A stretch of DNA of 32,000 nucleotides, taken from positions 30,001 to 62,000 of the forward strand of contig NC_017262.1 of NCBI RefSeq assembly GCF_000175255.2, written 5' to 3'. Of this stretch, positions 28,961 to 32,000 are shown one piece after another. Below the pieces are notes generated by a model. It had not been told where the DNA came from and ran no database searches. It saw only the letters and a list, made by a program, of their open reading frames with translations. Numbering within the stretch: position 1 is the stretch's first letter; each line of letters starts with the position of its first letter. A program made the position numbers and the translations under genes. This DNA is from Zymomonas mobilis subsp. mobilis ATCC 10988. Its GTDB lineage: Bacteria > Pseudomonadota > Alphaproteobacteria > Sphingomonadales > Sphingomonadaceae.

Positions 28961-29514
28961 CACTTATTTGACAGTGATCATTTCTAGGAGTTGTGCATCG
29001 AGATAATTTAGCCTCCACTTAAGTATAGAAATAATATTAAAAAAAATTATCTTATATTATTTAAATTTTTTACCAAATTTATTTTAATTATACCGTATTC
29101 AATTAAAAAATAGACTCGACGTATTTTGTGATTTACTGTATAAATATACAATTTTACAGAATTTTAGAAAGAAGTTGAATTATGGTCTATAGGATTTCAG
29201 GAAATTGGTTAATAGGCGTTGCCTGTGATCTTCACACTGTAGAGAGCATCTATCTTGGGGTAGATGAATATGGACATAATAGGTTTGAAAACACAAGAAG
29301 TGTAATTGGTGAATTAGTTTATCAGCTCAAGTATCAGAACGACCAGACGACTATTCCCAAGATTATTGATCTTCTTCTCCAAAACATTAAAGGTATCGAA
29401 TCATTTGATGCTATCATCCCAGTTCCATCTTCTAAAATTCGAAGAATTCAACCTGTAGATGCAATATCTAAAGCCCTCGGTGATAAATGTAAAGTTCCTG
29501 TACTCATCAATTAC

Positions 29515-29969
29515 CTAGGTTTTGTTGACAAAGGAAGGTAACCACAATTTTACGGCCGCGAGATGAAGGAAGGCGAGAAAAGATTTTCTGGTTTTGTCAT
29601 AGCGTGTGGCAATGCGCCTGAACTGCTTTAGCTTATTAAACATCCGCTCAATACGATTACGATCTTTGTAGTGCTGGAGATTATAAGGAATAGGCTTTTT
29701 TCGATTGGAACGAGGCGGGATAACAGGAAGAATGCCTCGAAAAAGCAGTTTTTCGCGTAACCTATCGCTATCATATCCTTTATCAGCGAGAAAACAGTGG
29801 GGTGTTGTGACAGGGATATCTATCAAGCTATCAGCGCCAGAATAATCAGAGACCTCACCACCGGTTAGTGCGAAAGCTAGAGGGCGGCCTTGACCATCGG
29901 AACGGGCGTGGATCTTGCTCGTAAAGCCTCCGCGACTGCGACCAAAGCCTTCCTTATACGTCCCCCTTT
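29515..29969 (-). CDS. IS5-family transposase, orfB (DDE part, -1 frame relative to orfA)
   Basis: The -1 frame is open from 30006 and reads ...GFGRSRGGFTSKIHARSDGQGRPLAFALTGGEVSDYSGADSLI...FLADKGYDSDRLRE...YKDRNRIERMFNKLKQFRRIATRYDK. The likely slip site is the A4G5 run (minus strand CAAAAGGGGGA, 29961-29971). The TAG stop uses the flanking CTAG. Confidence 0.8.
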
Positions 29970-30365
29970 TGCGCCAGCCGCTTGGCTGTGGGCGCGAATA
30001 ATCGTACTATCTATCATATGTTGCCAGTCATCTGTCAGGCCAAGGTCAACGAGAGTTTCAAGAAGAGCGTCCCACACACCCTGTTCTGCCCACCTACGAA
30101 ACCGAACATAGACCGAATTCCATTTCCCATAACGTTCATGCATATCTCGCCACGGGCAGCCTGTTCGAAGCACATAAAGCATACCATTGAGAAATAACCG
30201 ATTACTTTTGGCGGGACGCGCGCAGCGGCCTCGTTCGCTTGGAAGAAGACCCTGTATTATCTCCCACTCCGCGTCCGTCAGATCTCCTCGCATCCTATCT
30301 ACCCTACAAAACTTGTTCTCAAGTTATCTCTAAAAATCTTAAATTATACCCTTTGTCAACAGAAC
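29519..30365 (-). mobile_element. IS5-family insertion sequence (IS427-like two-ORF type), 847 bp
   Basis: The terminal inverted repeats GTTTTGTTGACAAAGG (29519-29534) and CCTTTGTCAACAGAAC (30350-30365) match at 15 of 16 positions. They are flanked by direct CTAG repeats (29515-29518 and 30366-30369). The element carries two overlapping transposase ORFs. Confidence 0.9.
29877..30293 (-). CDS. IS5-family transposase, orfA (N-terminal part)
   Basis: 138 aa. LTDAEWEIIQGLLP ... NGMLYVLRTGCPWRDMHERYGKWNSVYVRFRRWAEQGVW is the characteristic IS4/IS5 N-terminal (DUF4096-type) region. Confidence 0.9.
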   Translation of the reverse strand: MRGDLTDAEWEIIQGLLPSERGRCARPAKSNRLFLNGMLYVLRTGCPWRDMHERYGKWNSVYVRFRRWAEQGVWDALLETLVDLGLTDDWQHMIDSTIIRAHSQAAGAKGGRIRKALVAVAEALRARSTPVPMVKAAL

Positions 30366-30604
30366 CTAGTAAAAAATGGTGATATCGAATTAAAAGGTAT
30401 TACAGATCCAGCAGATCGTGACAGAGCTTTATTTGATAGTATTGTCGTAGCAGGGACAACAGATCTTTCTGAAAAGAATGTTTTACTCGTGGATGATCTA
30501 TATAGATCAGGTGCAACCCTTGATGCATGCTGTCGCGCCCTCAAGAAAAGTACACAAGTAAAAAATATCTGTGTTTTGACAATGACAAAAACTAGGAAGA
30601 ACAG

Positions 30605-31165
30605 ATGACGGTTGTATTCTTATCTGGTTCACGTAGAATTAGCCGCTTAAATGATAAAATTCGCTTTCGTTTACAAAATATCATGAAACAAAATTTTCAG
30701 ATTTTTATTGGTGATGCTAATGGTGCAGATAAAGCTATGCAGTCATATCTCGCTGATCAGCACTACCCAAATGTATCTATATACTTTGTAGGGAGTATTT
30801 GTCGTAACAATATTGGTAATTGGAATACTAAACAAATAGCAGTAGATAAAAATCTGAAAGGAAGAGCATTCTATACCGAAAAAGACAAAGCAATGGCTGC
30901 GGAAGCTGACTTTGGCTTCGTTTTATGGGATGGAATAAGTGAAGGATCGATCAATAATATATTTGAGCTTTTGAATAGTCAAAAAAAAGCAGTAGTCTAT
31001 CTTTCTACACATAAAAAATTTTTTAATATCAAGACAGCTAATGATATTGAAAACCTAATAAACTGCACTGACCCTGAAGCATTATCCAAACTGCAAGGAT
31101 TACGAACTATTCGTAGGCAAATGGAGAAACATAATCTCATGGATCAAGGAAGTTTTCCGATTTAA
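30605..31165 (+). CDS. DprA/Smf-LOG (SLOG) superfamily Rossmann-like protein, ShosA-like partner of the PRTase
   Basis: 186-aa ORF. Its ATG overlaps the PRTase TGA (AGATGA), with AGGAAG 5 nt upstream. The pattern VVFLSGSR / IFIGDANGADKAMQ / VSIYFVG / FGFVLWDGISEGSINNIFELL / KAVVYL resembles the DprA-type GxxxGxD and SxG nucleotide-binding strands. Confidence 0.6.
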   Translation: MTVVFLSGSRRISRLNDKIRFRLQNIMKQNFQIFIGDANGADKAMQSYLADQHYPNVSIYFVGSICRNNIGNWNTKQIAVDKNLKGRAFYTEKDKAMAAEADFGFVLWDGISEGSINNIFELLNSQKKAVVYLSTHKKFFNIKTANDIENLINCTDPEALSKLQGLRTIRRQMEKHNLMDQGSFPI

Positions 31166-31304
31166 ATCTAACTTAGTACTTTGGAAAATAATTCCAAAAG
31201 TTCTTATCTAAAGTAGAAAGGCAGAGTTTAGCAGGTATAAATAGTTTTATATTATATCTGATAAAGGTTAATCGAATTTCCATGTTGAGAGCCTCAAGAA
31301 AACC

Positions 31305-31346
31305 GGCTTTTAAAAAAGAGGATATCGCCCCTTTAAAAGGGGCGAT
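31305..31346 (-). terminator. Rho-independent terminator downstream of queE
   Basis: ATCGCCCC (31324-31331) pairs with GGGGCGAT (31339-31346) across a 7-nt loop. The minus strand continues ATCCTCTTTTTTAAAA. Confidence 0.65.
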
Positions 31347-31352
31347 CATCCG

Positions 31353-32000
31353 CTATTTCACCCCGATCAATTTATGACTTTGAATAGATAACCGCCATAA
31401 AGGCCGCTGCATCACAAAGGCGATAGCCTTTTGGATATTTTCTTTTTGATATTCGTCATCCATTGGCTGGATCAGATAATGATCGAAATCCAGCTTTTCC
31501 AAAGCCTCAATATCAATGCCTTTTTGTGGCCATACCAGTTTTATTTCATTGCCTTTTTCAAGGATAATCTGGCTTCCTGCCTTGGGACTCATGCAAACCC
31601 AATCAATCGCAGACGGGACAGGCTGCGTTCCATTGGTCTCGATAGCGATTTCAAAAGCCTGATTTTTTAAAGCCAGCAGCAAAGCCTCATCTACTTGTAA
31701 TAATGGCTCACCGCCCGTCAAAACGACAAAAGGCCGAACATATTGATATCGGCTTTCAAGCGCCTCTTTCCACAATCGAATGGCCTGTTCTGCCAATTCT
31801 TCTGCGGTAAATCGTCCGCCATTTTCGCCATCAATACCGACAAAATCAGTATCACAAAAACGGCAAGTCGCCTGTTCACGGTCATCTTCGCGACCATTCC
31901 ACAGATTACAACCGGCAAAGCGAATAAAGACAGCCCGTCTTCCAGCTTGGATACCTTCACCCTGTAACGTCAGGAAACTTTCTTTAACGGCGTAATGACG
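31353..32000 (-). CDS. queE: 7-carboxy-7-deazaguanine synthase (radical SAM), 5' end beyond the window
   Basis: The minus-strand frame is open to the window edge: ...YAVKESFLTLQGEGIQAGRRAVFIRFAGCNLWNGREDDREQATCRFCDTDF...VVLTGGEPLLQ...IETNGT...HYLIQPMDD. The ORF-track start at 31796 is an internal TTG. Confidence 0.9.
   Translation of the reverse strand, partial: RHYAVKESFLTLQGEGIQAGRRAVFIRFAGCNLWNGREDDREQATCRFCDTDFVGIDGENGGRFTAEELAEQAIRLWKEALESRYQYVRPFVVLTGGEPLLQVDEALLLALKNQAFEIAIETNGTQPVPSAIDWVCMSPKAGSQIILEKGNEIKLVWPQKGIDIEALEKLDFDHYLIQPMDDEYQKENIQKAIAFVMQRPLWRLSIQSHKLIGVK

Larger units (their letters stand above)
29182..30608 (+). pseudogene. ComF-type phosphoribosyltransferase (ShosT-like), disrupted by IS insertion
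   Basis: The 5' part (29182-29518, 111 codons plus the CTA) contains DAIIPVPSSKIRRIQPVDAISKALG. The 3' part (30366-30608) reads LVKNGDIELKGITDPADRDRALFDSIVVAGTTDLSEKNVLLVDDLYRSGATLDACCRALKK...VLTMTKTRKNR*, which includes the PRPP-binding loop. Deleting the IS plus one CTAG copy restores a single 191-codon frame. Confidence 0.75.

Noticed and set aside
31180-31198. Hairpin TTTGGAA-AATAA-TTCCAAA after the SLOG gene as its terminator
   Set aside because: It is a 7-bp all-weak stem with only two G:C pairs and no following T tract, which is too weak to call.

Overview
This 32 kb chromosomal window looks alphaproteobacterial. Gene order and apparent mid-40s %GC resemble Zymomonas/Sphingomonadales, but that is judged by eye and cannot be verified here. 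Most of it is conserved housekeeping: rapZ-hprK-chvG-chvI (minus strand), guaB, an RsmB-type m5C methyltransferase, the lptD-surA-pdxA-rsmA operon, pepA-holC, class I fumarase, tlyA, ubiK-ybjN-proC, lipB and a 5'-truncated queE. Three regions are not ordinary. (1) At 7.4-11.2 kb, behind a 500-bp AT-rich leader, a co-directional four-gene cluster encodes two tandem paralogous thymidylate-kinase-like P-loop proteins, a MOP/Wzx-type flippase-like membrane protein and a protein with a CHAD-like repeated His/Arg helix pattern. I cannot match it to a described pathway. (2) At 24.9-27.3 kb, a TonB-dependent receptor is split by a single in-frame TGA and is followed by a 620-bp extremely AT-rich gap containing a perfect 24-bp palindrome. 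(3) At 28.7-31.35 kb, an AT-rich islet lies between a membrane protein gene and queE. It holds a frameshifted tyrosine-recombinase tail remnant and a translationally coupled (ATGA) two-gene module: a ComF-type phosphoribosyltransferase plus a short DprA/SLOG-like protein, an architecture like ShosTA. The PRTase gene is cleanly interrupted by an 847-bp IS5-family element with CTAG target duplication. Removing the IS restores a 191-codon ORF, while the partner gene is intact. No tRNA, rRNA or CRISPR array was seen by eye.
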